The notes: generated by a model from the letters alone, not told the origin. Positions 29,003 through 39,290 are shown, numbered from the whole stretch's first letter. The stretch: 63,561 nucleotides of DNA, filler included, from Deltaproteobacteria bacterium (GCA_030698575.1; 10 parts of 10 records of this genome joined end to end with filler, not necessarily neighbours in it); one strand, 5' to 3'. Program-made: numbers and translations.

Positions 29003-30232
29003 TACGTGCTCAACGGCGCCCAGACGCCCTTCGAGGCCAACATGCGGCACTTCGCCAACTGGGGAGGGCCGACGACGTACCCCCACTACCACGCCGGCTG
29101 GGCCATGGCGGGCAACAGCCCCTTCCGTTACTTCAAGCAGGCGGTGCACCGGGGCGGCATCCAGGACCCGCTGATCGTTCACTGGCCGCGGGGCATCCAC
29201 GCCAAGGGGGAGATCCGCAGCCAGTACCATCACATCGCCGATGTCGCGCCAACGCTTCTGGACATCCTGGGCCTCAAGGTGCCCAACAAGATTGACGGCG
29301 TGAAGCAGCAGCCCATGGACGGCGTGAGCATGCTCTACGCCTTCAACGATGCAAAGGCCCCGGACGCCAAGAAGGTGCAGTACTACGAGATGTTTGGGAA
29401 CCGGGCCATCTGGTCCAAGGGGTGGAAGGCGGTCACGCTGCACGCGAACCGGATGCCCTGGGACGTCAACGTCGTCCTGCCCTTCGACCAGGACAAGTGG
29501 CAGCTCTACCACGTGGCCGAGGATTTCAGTGAGAGCGAGGATCTGGCGGACAAGTATCCGGCGAAGCTCGAAGAGCTGAAGAAGCTCTTCGACAAGCAAG
29601 CCAGGAAATACCACGTCTACCCGCTCTACGACGACATGATCCAGCGGCTGGCCAAGCAGCAGGTGCGGCTCTTCGGCGACCGGACGACGTTCACCTACTA
29701 CTATCCCGGCGCGGTCCGGATCGCGGAGAAGGCATCCCCGCCCGTGAAGGGGCGCTCGCACGCCATCATCGCGGCGCTGGATCTGAAGGGCGGTGAGGAG
29801 GGCGTGATCGTGGCCTGCGGGGGCTTCACGGGCGGCTACACATTGTTCATCAAGAATGGCCGCCTCTACTACGACTACAATTTCCTCGACGGCGTGCACT
29901 ACGTCCTCAAATCCGCCCGACTGGCCAGGGGCAAGAACGATTTCATGTTCAAATTCACGCATGCCGGCAATTTCGCGGGCACCGGCGAGCTGTTCGTGAA
30001 CGGAACGAGCGTCGGGAAGGTGGACATGCCGAAAACCCACCCCGCGACCTTCTCGCTCTCCGAATCCTTCGACGTGGGGCGCGACAACGGCACCCAGGTG
30101 TCGACCCTCTACACGGGCGAGTTCCCCTACACGGGCGCGCTCGACAAGGTCGTCTTCGAGCTCGGCCCGGTTCCGAAGAGCGAGGAAAAGGAAAGGGCGG
30201 CGGCGGAGGCGGCGACCATCGAGGGGAACTAG
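29003..30232 (+). CDS. Arylsulfatase, C-terminal part
   Basis: GWAMAGNSPF, GGIQDPLIVHWP, HIADVAPT, QYYEMFGNRA and WQLY-x3-DFSE; C-terminal beta-sandwich domain. Confidence 0.9.
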   Translation, partial: YVLNGAQTPFEANMRHFANWGGPTTYPHYHAGWAMAGNSPFRYFKQAVHRGGIQDPLIVHWPRGIHAKGEIRSQYHHIADVAPTLLDILGLKVPNKIDGVKQQPMDGVSMLYAFNDAKAPDAKKVQYYEMFGNRAIWSKGWKAVTLHANRMPWDVNVVLPFDQDKWQLYHVAEDFSESEDLADKYPAKLEELKKLFDKQARKYHVYPLYDDMIQRLAKQQVRLFGDRTTFTYYYPGAVRIAEKASPPVKGRSHAIIAALDLKGGEEGVIVACGGFTGGYTLFIKNGRLYYDYNFLDGVHYVLKSARLARGKNDFMFKFTHAGNFAGTGELFVNGTSVGKVDMPKTHPATFSLSESFDVGRDNGTQVSTLYTGEFPYTGALDKVVFELGPVPKSEEKERAAAEAATIEGN

Positions 30233-30253
30233 CGCGCGGGCGCGGGGTGAGCG

Positions 30254-30880
30254 CTACCGGGCGGCCTCGCCCTCCCGCACCGGCGGGAAGTTCTCGAACG
30301 CCTTCTCGAGATCCTTGTCGGCCCCCTTCAGGTTCTTGTCGGGATTTTCGGAAAGAACGCGGGTGAGATAGGTCCGCCAGACGAGATCGGTTGTTCCGGT
30401 GTCGACGAGATCGATGATCAGCGTCCCCTCGCGATAGTTCATCACCATGACTTCATTGTAAGCCGGTCCCCAGCGTCCGCTATCGTAGGGATAGTTTCGG
30501 TAGCCGTAGCGAGAGGGGGGGTAGTTGTAGGGAGAACCGGGGTAGCCGTAGGGCGTGGCGGGGTAGCGGGTGGTTGGTGCGGTCGAGACCTGCTGCTTAT
30601 CCTCGACCCCCACCCAGTAGTCGACACGTAAATCCGGGTTCGCGTCGAAGGGAACCTCGCGAAGCCCCCGGGCCGCCAGCCGGGTCTCGATGAGAGATGT
30701 CACGCGGCGGCGCGTGAGCGCGTTGTCCAGAAGGCCCGTCTTGCCGATGTCCTTCCCCTCTCCGATGGCGAAGGTCCGGTACTTCGCGAAATCGATCGCG
30801 GGGTCGTAGTCGTTCCGATAGTTGGTGGCGCATCCCGCCAGGACGAGCGCCAGGGCCAGGCACGGAACTCTTAGATCCAT
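30254..30880 (-). CDS. DUF4136-domain lipoprotein
   Basis: Lipobox LAGC; DYDP, DFAKYRTF, YREGTLIIDLVD, LVWR and FPP. Confidence 0.88.
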   Translation of the reverse strand: MDLRVPCLALALVLAGCATNYRNDYDPAIDFAKYRTFAIGEGKDIGKTGLLDNALTRRRVTSLIETRLAARGLREVPFDANPDLRVDYWVGVEDKQQVSTAPTTRYPATPYGYPGSPYNYPPSRYGYRNYPYDSGRWGPAYNEVMVMNYREGTLIIDLVDTGTTDLVWRTYLTRVLSENPDKNLKGADKDLEKAFENFPPVREGEAAR

Positions 30881-31011
30881 CGTGGTTCCTCCCCGCGAAA
30901 GTTGTATCAGAAGATCCGACCCGGTGAAAGCCCACTGCCGGCGCAACGTATACCTTGGCGCGCGGGAACAAGATCGCTAGAATGGGTGGGTTGCGCATCC
31001 GGGAGGCAGCA

Positions 31012-32091
31012 GTGAAGCCCAAGGCCGTGGCCCTCGTCTCAGGGGGCATCGACAGCACGCTGGCGGTGAAGCTTGTCCAGGAGCAGGGCATCGCGCTCGA
31101 GGGGCTGAACTTCAAGGGCCTCTTCCACTGCTGCAAGGACGACGCCGCGCGCACCTCGGCCGAGTCGGGCATCCCCATCACCATCGTGAGCGAGACCGAG
31201 GAGTACCTCCAGCTCATCGAGAGCCCGAAGTATGGCTGGGGGCGCGGCGCCAATCCCTGCACCGACTGCCGCATCTACATGTTCGGCGTCGCGAAAAAGT
31301 TCATGGAGCAGGTGGGGGCTTCCTTTCTGGTGTCGGGCGAGGTCCTGGGGCAGCGGCCCAATTCGCAGCGCCGCGACAACTTCCGCTCGATCGATCGCGA
31401 CACGGGGCTCGAGGGGCTGCTCGTCAGGCCGCTCTCGGCCAAGCTCCTGCCGCCGACGAAGCCCGAGCTCGAGGGCATCCTCGATCGCGAGAAGCTGCTG
31501 GCCATCCAGGGGCGCTCGCGGAAGCCGCAGATGGACCTGGCCGCGCACTACGGCATCACCGACATTCCCACGCCTTCGACCGGCTGCATGCTCACCGAAG
31601 ACGCAGTGGCCAACCGCATCAAAGACGTACTCACACACGGCGACCACCTCGACTTCTGGGTCGCCGAGACGGTGAAGCTCGGCCGCCACTTCCGCGTGAC
31701 CGAAGGGGCGCGGGCCGTCGTCGGGCGCGACGAGGCGGAGAATCTCCGGATCCGGGATCTCTTCGCCGGCTCGGGAGAGCGCCCGCGGCCCGTGACGCTT
31801 CTCGAGCCGGACGATTTCAAGGGCCCTGCGGCGCTGCTCATCGGCGAGGCGACCCCCGACGCGATCGAGACCGTCGCGGGAATGCTGCTCCGCTACGGCA
31901 AGCAGGGCTCGGGCGAGGCGCGTCACGTGCGCCTCCAGAGCCGCGATCTCGATGAGACGGTGGCTTTCACCCACGCGCTCGACGACGCCGCACTCGACGC
32001 CCTTCGCATCCCGAGCGAGCACGTCCCCGGCAGCTTCCGCCCCGACCGGCGGAGCGCGCCCCGCGCCGCCGCCGTTGGCACGGGCGCGTGA
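31012..32091 (+). CDS. PP-loop tRNA thiouridylase-like protein (ThiI/MnmA-like, DUF814-associated)
   Basis: LVSGGIDS, NPCTDC, GEVLGQRP, RPLSAKLL, GRSRK, GCMLT and GRHFR; alternative start at 30982. Confidence 0.8.
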   Translation: MKPKAVALVSGGIDSTLAVKLVQEQGIALEGLNFKGLFHCCKDDAARTSAESGIPITIVSETEEYLQLIESPKYGWGRGANPCTDCRIYMFGVAKKFMEQVGASFLVSGEVLGQRPNSQRRDNFRSIDRDTGLEGLLVRPLSAKLLPPTKPELEGILDREKLLAIQGRSRKPQMDLAAHYGITDIPTPSTGCMLTEDAVANRIKDVLTHGDHLDFWVAETVKLGRHFRVTEGARAVVGRDEAENLRIRDLFAGSGERPRPVTLLEPDDFKGPAALLIGEATPDAIETVAGMLLRYGKQGSGEARHVRLQSRDLDETVAFTHALDDAALDALRIPSEHVPGSFRPDRRSAPRAAAVGTGA

Positions 32092-32616
32092 GCAGCGCGG
32101 TTTCACCGCTCGTCCCGACCTCTCCGCAGAAGCTCGCCCGACTCCAGGAAATACTTCGAAGTCTCGACCGCGTCGTGGTCGCCTTCTCCGGCGGCGTCGA
32201 CTCGACCTTCCTCCTTCGCGTGGCCGCCGACACGCTCCCCGGCGAGGTCACTGCGCTGACCGCCGTCTCGCCGAGCCTCCCCGAGGCCGACCGCCTGCGC
32301 GCCGGGCAGCTCGCCCGGGCCATGGGTGTGCAGCAGATCGTCGCCCGGAGCCATGAGCTCGACGACCCGAACTACGCCGCCAACCCCGCCAACCGCTGCT
32401 ACTTCTGCAAGAACGAGCTGTACCGCCTCTGCCAGGAGCAGGCTGGGGTCCTCGGCGTGCCCGCCATCCTCGACGGCACCAACGTCGACGACCTCGCCGA
32501 TCACCGCCCCGGGCATCGCGCTGCGGCCGAGCGAGGGGTGCGGAGCCCGCTCGTCGAGGCGGGGCTCACGAAGGCCGACATCCGCGCGCTCTCCCGCGAC
32601 ATGGGGCTCGAGACCT
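32088..32616 (+). CDS. larE: ATP-dependent sulfur transferase LarE (3' truncated)
   Basis: VAFSGGVDS, NRCYFCK, DGTNVDD, HRPG, VRSPL and LTKADIR. Confidence 0.9.
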
Positions 32617-32716
32617 NNNNNNNNNNNNNNNNNNNNNNNNNNNNNNNNNNNNNNNNNNNNTTAATTAATTAANNNNNNNNNNNNNNNNNNNNNNNNNNNN
32701 NNNNNNNNNNNNNNNN
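32617..32716. other. Artificial contig spacer
   Basis: N-run with TTAATTAATTAA. Confidence 0.97.
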
Positions 32717-32718
32717 CG

Positions 32719-33870
32719 ATGCCCGATGCGAGTCCCACGAAGTGGCACCTCGGGCACACAAGCTGGTTCTTCGAAACGTTCATTCTTGATCGCGAGCTGC
32801 CGGGCTACCGGCGTTTCGATCCGCAATACGCCATCCTCTTCAATTCCTACTACAACACGGTCGGCCCCCAGCACCCCCGTCCCGAACGGGGGCTGCTCAC
32901 GCGCCCGTCCCTGGATGAGGTGCGGGCCTACCGTGGCCACGTCGATCGCGCCGTCCTCGGATTTCTGGAGGGCGCTTCGACGCCCTCTCGCCCGAGCCTC
33001 GAAGTCCTGCGCATCGGCCTTCACCACGAACAGCAACACCAGGAACTGCTCCTCACCGACGTGAAGCACCTCTTTTCCCGGAACCCCTTGCACCCGGCCT
33101 ACCGCGAGTGTCCCGAAACGCCGGCCGGCGACGTGAAGCCGGTCGGCTGGCACCACTACCCGGAGGGCCTCCAGTGGACGGGCCACACGGGCGACGGGTT
33201 TTCCTTCGACAACGAGACGCCGCGCCACCGCGTGTTCGTCGAGGCCTTCGAGATCGCATCGCGCCAGGTCACGAACGCGGAGTTCCTGGCCTTCATCGAA
33301 GCCGGCGGCTACGACCGTGCGGAGCTCTGGCTGTCCGACGGCTGGACTGCGGTGAACTCCGCCCGGCTCACGGTGCCGCTCTACTGGGAGCGCCACGACG
33401 GGGCCTGGCGCACGCACACGCTCTCCGGCCTCCACACACTCCGCCTGGACGAACCGGTGTGCCACGTGAGTTATTACGAAGCCGACGCCTACGCGCGCTG
33501 GGCCGGCGCGAGGCTTCCCACCGAGGCGGAGTGGGAAGTGGCGTCTCCCGGGCAGGGTGGCGGGGAAAATTTTCTCGAGGACGGGCGCTTGCACCCGGTG
33601 CCCGCGCCGCCCGCCGACGACGGCCCGGCGCAACTTCTCGGCAACCTCTGGGAATGGACGCAGAGCCCCTACGCGGCCTACCCGGGCTACGCGCCGCCCG
33701 ACGGCGCGCTTGGCGAATACAACGGCAAGTTCATGTGCAACCAGATGGTGCTCCGGGGCGGCTCATGCGCCACGCCGCGGTCGCACATCCGCGGAACCTA
33801 CCGAAATTTCTTTCCGCCCGACGCCCGCTGGCAGTTCAGCGGCATCCGCCTTGCGCGGGACGCCCGCTAG
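32719..33870 (+). CDS. egtB: Ergothioneine biosynthesis sulfoxide synthase EgtB (5' truncated)
   Basis: MPDASPTKWHLGHTSWFFE, LFNSYY, HHEQQHQEL, FGE-sulfatase domain RLPTEAEWE and EYNGKFM. Confidence 0.92.
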   Translation: MPDASPTKWHLGHTSWFFETFILDRELPGYRRFDPQYAILFNSYYNTVGPQHPRPERGLLTRPSLDEVRAYRGHVDRAVLGFLEGASTPSRPSLEVLRIGLHHEQQHQELLLTDVKHLFSRNPLHPAYRECPETPAGDVKPVGWHHYPEGLQWTGHTGDGFSFDNETPRHRVFVEAFEIASRQVTNAEFLAFIEAGGYDRAELWLSDGWTAVNSARLTVPLYWERHDGAWRTHTLSGLHTLRLDEPVCHVSYYEADAYARWAGARLPTEAEWEVASPGQGGGENFLEDGRLHPVPAPPADDGPAQLLGNLWEWTQSPYAAYPGYAPPDGALGEYNGKFMCNQMVLRGGSCATPRSHIRGTYRNFFPPDARWQFSGIRLARDAR

Positions 33871-33912
33871 CCTGAAAGCTGGCGGAGAGACGGGGCAATT
33901 CTCCGGGACGTG

Positions 33913-34650
33913 ATGCCGGTCATCTGGTTGGGAAAGCGTCTGATCTTCCCCCCGCCCGGGGCCGCTCTGCCGAGCGGACTTCTTGCCGCGGGGGGCGATC
34001 TCTCGCCGGACCGTCTCCTGCTGGCCTACGCGTCGGGCATTTTTCCGTGGTACTCCGAGGGCGACCCGATACTCTGGTTCTCGCCCGATCCCCGGATGGT
34101 GCTGCTCCCCTCGCAACTGCGCGTCTCGCGCAGTTTGCGCAAGTTTGCGCGTCGGGCGCGGCTCGAGCTTCGAATGGACACGGCCTTCGAAGCGGTCATT
34201 CGGGCCTGCGCCGGGGCGAAGCGGCCGGGCGGTGAGGGCACCTGGATCACGAAGGACATGATCCGCGCCTACAGCCGCCTGCACGAAATGGGATACGCAC
34301 ATAGCGCGGAGGCGTGGGTGGAGGGGCGTCTGGCCGCCGGCGTCTACGGGGTCTCGCTGGGCGGGGCCTTCTTCGCTGAATCGATGTTCACACGCCTGCC
34401 CAACGCTTCGAAGACCGCACTCGTGGCGCTCGTGCGGCAGGTCCATGCCTGGAACTTCGATTTCGTCGACTGCCAGGTGCACACCGAGAATCTGGCGCGT
34501 TTCGGGGCAACCGAGTGGCCGCGCGGACGCTTTCTTGGGGCGCTCGATCGGACCCTGCGGCGTCCCACGCTGCGCGGGCGCTGGTCCTTTGAACGGGACG
34601 TGCTGGAGGCCCTGCGGGAGCCAGCCCCCGAAGGAACCAAACCCGGTTAA
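33913..34650 (+). CDS. aat: Leucyl/phenylalanyl-tRNA--protein transferase
   Basis: GLLAAGGDLS, GIFPWY, WFSPDPR, TWIT, AHSAE, FFAESMF, NASK and DCQ. Confidence 0.95.
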   Translation: MPVIWLGKRLIFPPPGAALPSGLLAAGGDLSPDRLLLAYASGIFPWYSEGDPILWFSPDPRMVLLPSQLRVSRSLRKFARRARLELRMDTAFEAVIRACAGAKRPGGEGTWITKDMIRAYSRLHEMGYAHSAEAWVEGRLAAGVYGVSLGGAFFAESMFTRLPNASKTALVALVRQVHAWNFDFVDCQVHTENLARFGATEWPRGRFLGALDRTLRRPTLRGRWSFERDVLEALREPAPEGTKPG

Positions 34651-34667
34651 CGAGGAGGCGGTTCGCG

Positions 34668-35645
34668 ATGGCAGGTTGTATTCGGGTGCACGAGACCGGC
34701 GGGCCGGAGGTGCTCCTCTGGGAGGAGGCGCCGGTGCGGGACGCCGGGCCGGGAGAGGCCCTGATCCGCCAGACCGCCGTCGGGCTCAACTACATCGACG
34801 TTTACTTTCGGAAGGGCCTCTACCCGGCGCCGGGATTACCCTTCACGCCCGGCATGGAAGGCGCCGGCGTGGTGGAAGTGGTGGGTGCGGGGGTCGCCGA
34901 TCTTGCGCCGGGTGATCGCGTGGCCTACGCCGGCGCCCCGATCGGCAGCTACGCGGAGTCGCGCGTGATGCCGGCGGATCGCCTGGTGAAGCTCCCGGCG
35001 ACAATCGACGACCGGATCGCCGCCGCCATGATGCTCAAGGGGATGACCGCCCAGTACCTTCTGAAGCGGACCGCGAACCTCCGATCCGGAGACACGATCC
35101 TGGTTCATGCCGCAGCGGGCGGCGTGGGCCTCATCCTGTGCCAGTGGGCGCGCAGCCTCGGCGTGCGTGTCATCGGCACGGTCGGAAGCGAGGAGAAGGC
35201 GGCGCTGGCCTCGTCCCACGGCTGCGATCACACGGTGATCTACACGAAGGAAAACATGGTGGATCGCGTGCGCGAGATCACGGCGGGGGAAGGGGTGGCG
35301 GTCGTCTACGACTCGGTCGGGAAGGACACTTTCGAGGCATCTCTTGACTGTCTCCGGCCGCTCGGACTCCTGGTGAGCTTCGGGCAGTCCTCGGGACCGG
35401 TCCCCGCCTTCGATATCGGCCTGCTGAACCTGAAAGGATCGCTGTTTCTCACGCGGCCGAGCCTCTTTCACTACACAATGAGCCGGGCCGATCTGCTTGC
35501 GACGGCATCGGATCTCTTTGACGTGGTGGCGGGCGGGACGGTGCGGATCGGCGTGAACCAGACCTACCCGCTCCGCGAGGCGGAGCGATCGCATCGCGAT
35601 CTCGAGGCCCGGCGCACGACAGGCTCCACTGTGCTCCTGCCCTGA
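34668..35645 (+). CDS. qor: NADPH:quinone oxidoreductase (zeta-crystallin type)
   Basis: GGPEVL, GLNYID, MLKGMTA, HAAAGGVG, VVYDSVG and RRTTGS. Confidence 0.93.
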   Translation: MAGCIRVHETGGPEVLLWEEAPVRDAGPGEALIRQTAVGLNYIDVYFRKGLYPAPGLPFTPGMEGAGVVEVVGAGVADLAPGDRVAYAGAPIGSYAESRVMPADRLVKLPATIDDRIAAAMMLKGMTAQYLLKRTANLRSGDTILVHAAAGGVGLILCQWARSLGVRVIGTVGSEEKAALASSHGCDHTVIYTKENMVDRVREITAGEGVAVVYDSVGKDTFEASLDCLRPLGLLVSFGQSSGPVPAFDIGLLNLKGSLFLTRPSLFHYTMSRADLLATASDLFDVVAGGTVRIGVNQTYPLREAERSHRDLEARRTTGSTVLLP

Positions 35646-35692
35646 GCAAAACCGCAGGTTGGCAACGGCGGGCGGCGCCCGCAGGAGGCGGC

Positions 35693-36085
35693 ATGGAACT
35701 TTCGGCTCCTGACTACATTGTACTGGTGGTGGCGGATCTGGAGCGCGCGATCCGGTTCTACTCGGATGTACTGGGGCTCCGTCTGGCCCACCGTGCGGAA
35801 GCCTACGCGCAGTTCGACACCGGGCGAACGCGGCTGGCGCTCTACACCCGGGCGGCCATGGGAAAGACGCTCGGTATCCCCCTCGTAGCACCTTCGGAAG
35901 ATGCGCCGGCCTTCGAACTGGGTTTCAAGGTGGATGACGCTGAAGCGGCCTACGCGGAGATCGTCAGGAAGGGCGCTCGCCCGGTGACGCCGCCAATCGA
36001 TCGGTCCTGGGGGCAGCGAACGGCTTACGTGCGCGATCCCGACGGCCACCTCGTCGAGCTGGCGCAAGATCTCGGGAGGTCCTGA
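35693..36085 (+). CDS. VOC/glyoxalase family protein
   Basis: VADLERAIRFY and WGQRTAYVRDPDGHLVEL. Confidence 0.92.
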   Translation: MELSAPDYIVLVVADLERAIRFYSDVLGLRLAHRAEAYAQFDTGRTRLALYTRAAMGKTLGIPLVAPSEDAPAFELGFKVDDAEAAYAEIVRKGARPVTPPIDRSWGQRTAYVRDPDGHLVELAQDLGRS

Positions 36086-36185
36086 CGCGCGCCGGTCCGT
36101 TCGGCGGCGTGCGCGGCAGGTTGCGGCCTCAGCGAAGGGCGGGCATCATGAATCTCATGATAGAAAGGCCAGAGGAGATCGCGCG

Positions 36186-37547
36186 ATGATGGAGTCCGTC
36201 AATCCGGCGACGGAGGAGCACGTCAGGACCTACGAAGAATGGTCCGGCGCCGATCTCGAGGGTGCGCTCGATGCGTCGCACCGCGCGTGGCTTTCCTGGC
36301 GGGAAACGTCTTTCGGTCACCGTGCTGACCTCATGCGCCGGGCGGGGCGCGTGCTCAGGGAGCGCCGGGCGGAGTACGCGCGGCTCGCCACCATCGAGAT
36401 GGGTAAGCCCATCACGGGGGCGCTCGCCGAAGTTGAGAAGTGCGCAGAGGGGTGCGACTACTACGCCGACACGGCCGCCGCGCACCTCGCCGATGAGGTG
36501 GTCCGGAGCGCGGCGTCGAAGAGCTACGTTCGCTACGACCCCCTTGGCGTGGTTCTGGCTGTCATGCCCTGGAACTTCCCCTTCTGGCAGGTCTTCCGGT
36601 TCGCCGCGCCGGCGCTCATGGCGGGAAACGGCGGGGTGCTGAAGCACGCCTCGAACGTCACCGGCTGCGCCCTGGCCATCGAGGACGTCTTCCGGCGGGC
36701 GGGCTTCCCGGCGGATCTGTTTCGGACGCTTCTTGTGGGCGTGGCCAGCGTGGAGGGAATCATTGCCGACGACCGCATAGCCGCGGCCACGCTCACCGGA
36801 AGCGAGCGGGCGGGCATTGCCGTCGGATCGCAGGCGGGGAGGGCGTTGAAGCCGTCGGTTCTCGAACTCGGCGGGTCCGACCCCTTCATCGTCCTCGACG
36901 ACGCCGACGTCGAAACGGCCGCCCGGGTGGGCGCCCAGGCGCGCACGGTGAACTCGGGGCAGAGCTGCATTGCCGCCAAGCGGTTCGTCGTCGTCGAAAA
37001 GATCGCAGGCGAATTCCTGAAGCACTTCACCGCGCGCATGGCCGATCTGCGGATGGGGGATCCCCTCGACGAGAGGACCGAGATTGGCCCACAGGCTCGC
37101 CAGGACCTCCGTGACGAGCTTCACGATCAGGTAACCCGCTCGGTCACCGCCGGGGCGCGGGTGCTTCTCGGCGCCGAAATCCCGAAGGGCAAGGGGTACT
37201 TTTACCCGGCGACCGTGCTCAGCGACGTCGGGCCCGGCATGCCGGCCTACGAGGAGGAACTGTTCGGCCCGGTGGCCGCCGTCATCGTCGCCAGGGACAC
37301 CGAGGACGCCCTTCGCATTGCGAACAGCAGCCGCTTTGGCCTGGGAGCAAGCCTCTGGACCCGTGATCTTGGACAGGCCGAGCGCCTCGCGCGGCGTGTC
37401 GAGGCCGGGAGCGTGTTCGTCAACGGCCTCGTGAAGAGCGACCCGCGGCTCCCTTTCGGCGGCATCAAGAAGTCCGGCTATGGCAGGGAGCTTTCGCGCC
37501 ACGGCATCCAGGCTTTCGTGAACACAAAGACCGTCTTCATCGCATGA
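36186..37547 (+). CDS. NAD(P)-dependent succinate-semialdehyde dehydrogenase-like aldehyde dehydrogenase
   Basis: MPWNFPFWQ, LTGS, LELGGSDP, GQSCIAAKR, EELFGP and PFGGIKKSG. Confidence 0.92.
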   Translation: MMESVNPATEEHVRTYEEWSGADLEGALDASHRAWLSWRETSFGHRADLMRRAGRVLRERRAEYARLATIEMGKPITGALAEVEKCAEGCDYYADTAAAHLADEVVRSAASKSYVRYDPLGVVLAVMPWNFPFWQVFRFAAPALMAGNGGVLKHASNVTGCALAIEDVFRRAGFPADLFRTLLVGVASVEGIIADDRIAAATLTGSERAGIAVGSQAGRALKPSVLELGGSDPFIVLDDADVETAARVGAQARTVNSGQSCIAAKRFVVVEKIAGEFLKHFTARMADLRMGDPLDERTEIGPQARQDLRDELHDQVTRSVTAGARVLLGAEIPKGKGYFYPATVLSDVGPGMPAYEEELFGPVAAVIVARDTEDALRIANSSRFGLGASLWTRDLGQAERLARRVEAGSVFVNGLVKSDPRLPFGGIKKSGYGRELSRHGIQAFVNTKTVFIA

Positions 37548-39121
37548 ATCAGGTATCGCTGATCCGGACCCTCGCCCGCTCGCGCGCCTTCCCCGATCGC
37601 CCGCGAAAGGTGCGGCTCGTCCAGACCCATCTCTCCTACGTGTTCCTCACTCCGACGCGCGTTTACAAGATCAAGAAATCCGTGGATCTCGGCTTCGCCG
37701 ACTTCTCGACGCTTGCCCGCCGCCGCCGCTACTGCCGCGTGGAGGTCGAGGTCAACCGGCGGCTGGCGCCGCGGGTTTACCTGGGGATCGAGCCGGTGGT
37801 CCTGGTCGCGGGGCGTCCGGTCGTCGGCGGGCGGGGCAGGGCGGTGGAGTATGCGGTGGTCATGCGGCGGCTTCCCGACACAAGGCTTCTCAGCCGACGG
37901 CTCCGGCGGGGGCCTGGCGACTATCCCCTCGTCGCGCGCGTGGCCGAGCGTCTGGCCCGCTTTTACGGCCAGGTGAAGCTCGGGCCCGGCGATCGGGACA
38001 CGGGTGCGGGGCCGCTGGCCCGCGTGGTGCGCGACAACTTCAGGGTGCTGGAAAAATTCTCCGGAGACCTGTTCGACGCGGAGGCGCTTGCAGCGCTCAA
38101 GGGGTGGAGTGAGCATGAGCTTGCAGCGATGCGACGGCGCATCGAGCAGCGCGCGCGCGAGGGACGATCGGTCGAAGGCCATGGAGATCTCCACCTCGCG
38201 CATATTTATGTGAACAACGAGATCGAGATTCTCGACGGGACGGAGTTCTCTCGCCGTTTCCGGGCCGGGGACTACGCCAAAGATGTAGCCTTTCTGGCGA
38301 TGGATCTGGAGGCCCGCGATCGCCATGATCTTTCACGCCATCTCGTTCGGATCCTGGCGAGGCGGCTCCGCGATCCGGATCTCCCGCGGCTTCTTCCGTT
38401 CTACAAGGCCTACCGGGCGCTTGTCCGGGCGAAGGTGAACGCGCTGCTGACAGGGGAGCGCGAAGTGCCCATCGAGGCGCGGCGGGCCGGGGCAAGAGGA
38501 GCGCGGCGCTATTTCAAACTGGCTGAGCGCATCACGCGCTGGCGCGGCGCGCCCGCGCTCATCGTGATGGGGGGGCTCACGGGCGTTGGGAAGACGGCCC
38601 TGGCCCTGGACGTCGCCAGGCGCTACGGCGTGGAGTGGGTCGCCACGGACGTGGCGCGGAAGCTTCTTGCGGGGCTGGATCCTTTCCTGTCCGCCCGCGC
38701 CGGAATCGGGCGCGGGCTCTACTCCCCCGCGCATCGCCGGGCCACCCTGCGGGCCGTGCTGCGCGAGGCTCGCTCGCTCCTGCGCTCCGGGCGGCCCGTC
38801 ATTCTCGATGGGACGTTCCAGCGCCGCGAGGATCGAGCGGCGGTTCGCCGCCTCGCCCGGCGCGAGTGCGCTGAGATCAGGTTTCTCTGGTGCGAGGCGC
38901 CCCTCGATGTGGTCCGACGCCGGTTCAGAAAGCGCGCCGAAGGGCCGTCCTTCTCCGATGCCGATTGGAAGGTCTACCTTGCGATGCGCAAGAGGCAGGA
39001 GCCTCCCGTCGAAATACCGCTGTCCGAGATCACCTTTCTTGACACAACCTGCGCAAGCCCCGTCCTCTGGAGGCGCATTGACGCGCTGCTTGCTCCACTC
39101 GCTTCGCCTCCTTCCCGCTGA
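37544..39121 (+). CDS. Aminoglycoside-phosphotransferase-like domain fused to P-loop (AAA_33/gluconate kinase-like) domain
   Basis: QTHLSYV, YKIKK, EGHGDLHL, DVAFLAMDL, GLTGVGKT, ILDGTF and SDAD. Confidence 0.88.
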   Translation: MNQVSLIRTLARSRAFPDRPRKVRLVQTHLSYVFLTPTRVYKIKKSVDLGFADFSTLARRRRYCRVEVEVNRRLAPRVYLGIEPVVLVAGRPVVGGRGRAVEYAVVMRRLPDTRLLSRRLRRGPGDYPLVARVAERLARFYGQVKLGPGDRDTGAGPLARVVRDNFRVLEKFSGDLFDAEALAALKGWSEHELAAMRRRIEQRAREGRSVEGHGDLHLAHIYVNNEIEILDGTEFSRRFRAGDYAKDVAFLAMDLEARDRHDLSRHLVRILARRLRDPDLPRLLPFYKAYRALVRAKVNALLTGEREVPIEARRAGARGARRYFKLAERITRWRGAPALIVMGGLTGVGKTALALDVARRYGVEWVATDVARKLLAGLDPFLSARAGIGRGLYSPAHRRATLRAVLREARSLLRSGRPVILDGTFQRREDRAAVRRLARRECAEIRFLWCEAPLDVVRRRFRKRAEGPSFSDADWKVYLAMRKRQEPPVEIPLSEITFLDTTCASPVLWRRIDALLAPLASPPSR

Positions 39122-39126
39122 AAGCT

Positions 39127-39177
39127 CACATCTGTTGCAAAACTTGCACTGTTCCCAGATGTGGTGCAAAGTCTGCT
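39127..39177. promoter_or_regulatory. Putative enhancer (UAS) pair for a sigma-54 activator
   Basis: TGCA-AAACT-TGCA (39136-48) and TGCA-AAGTC-TGCT (39165-77), about 100-140 nt upstream of a sigma-54 promoter. Confidence 0.5.
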
Positions 39178-39274
39178 TAAAGGCGGAATGGACTCCCTGA
39201 GACGCCGAGTCCGTCGCCTTAAAAATGCCACTGATTTCAATTGGTTCCCCAAGGAGAGGGAGACCCGCGGGGTG

Positions 39275-39290
39275 TGGCATGATGCTTGCT
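39275..39290 (+). promoter_or_regulatory. Sigma-54 promoter
   Basis: TGGCAT-GATGC-TTGCT. Confidence 0.75.

Noticed and set aside
32719..33870. Selenoneine synthase SenA or ovothiol synthase OvoA
   Set aside because: Motifs fit EgtB; no C-terminal methyltransferase domain and no senB/selD neighbours on this contig, though the upstream flank is missing
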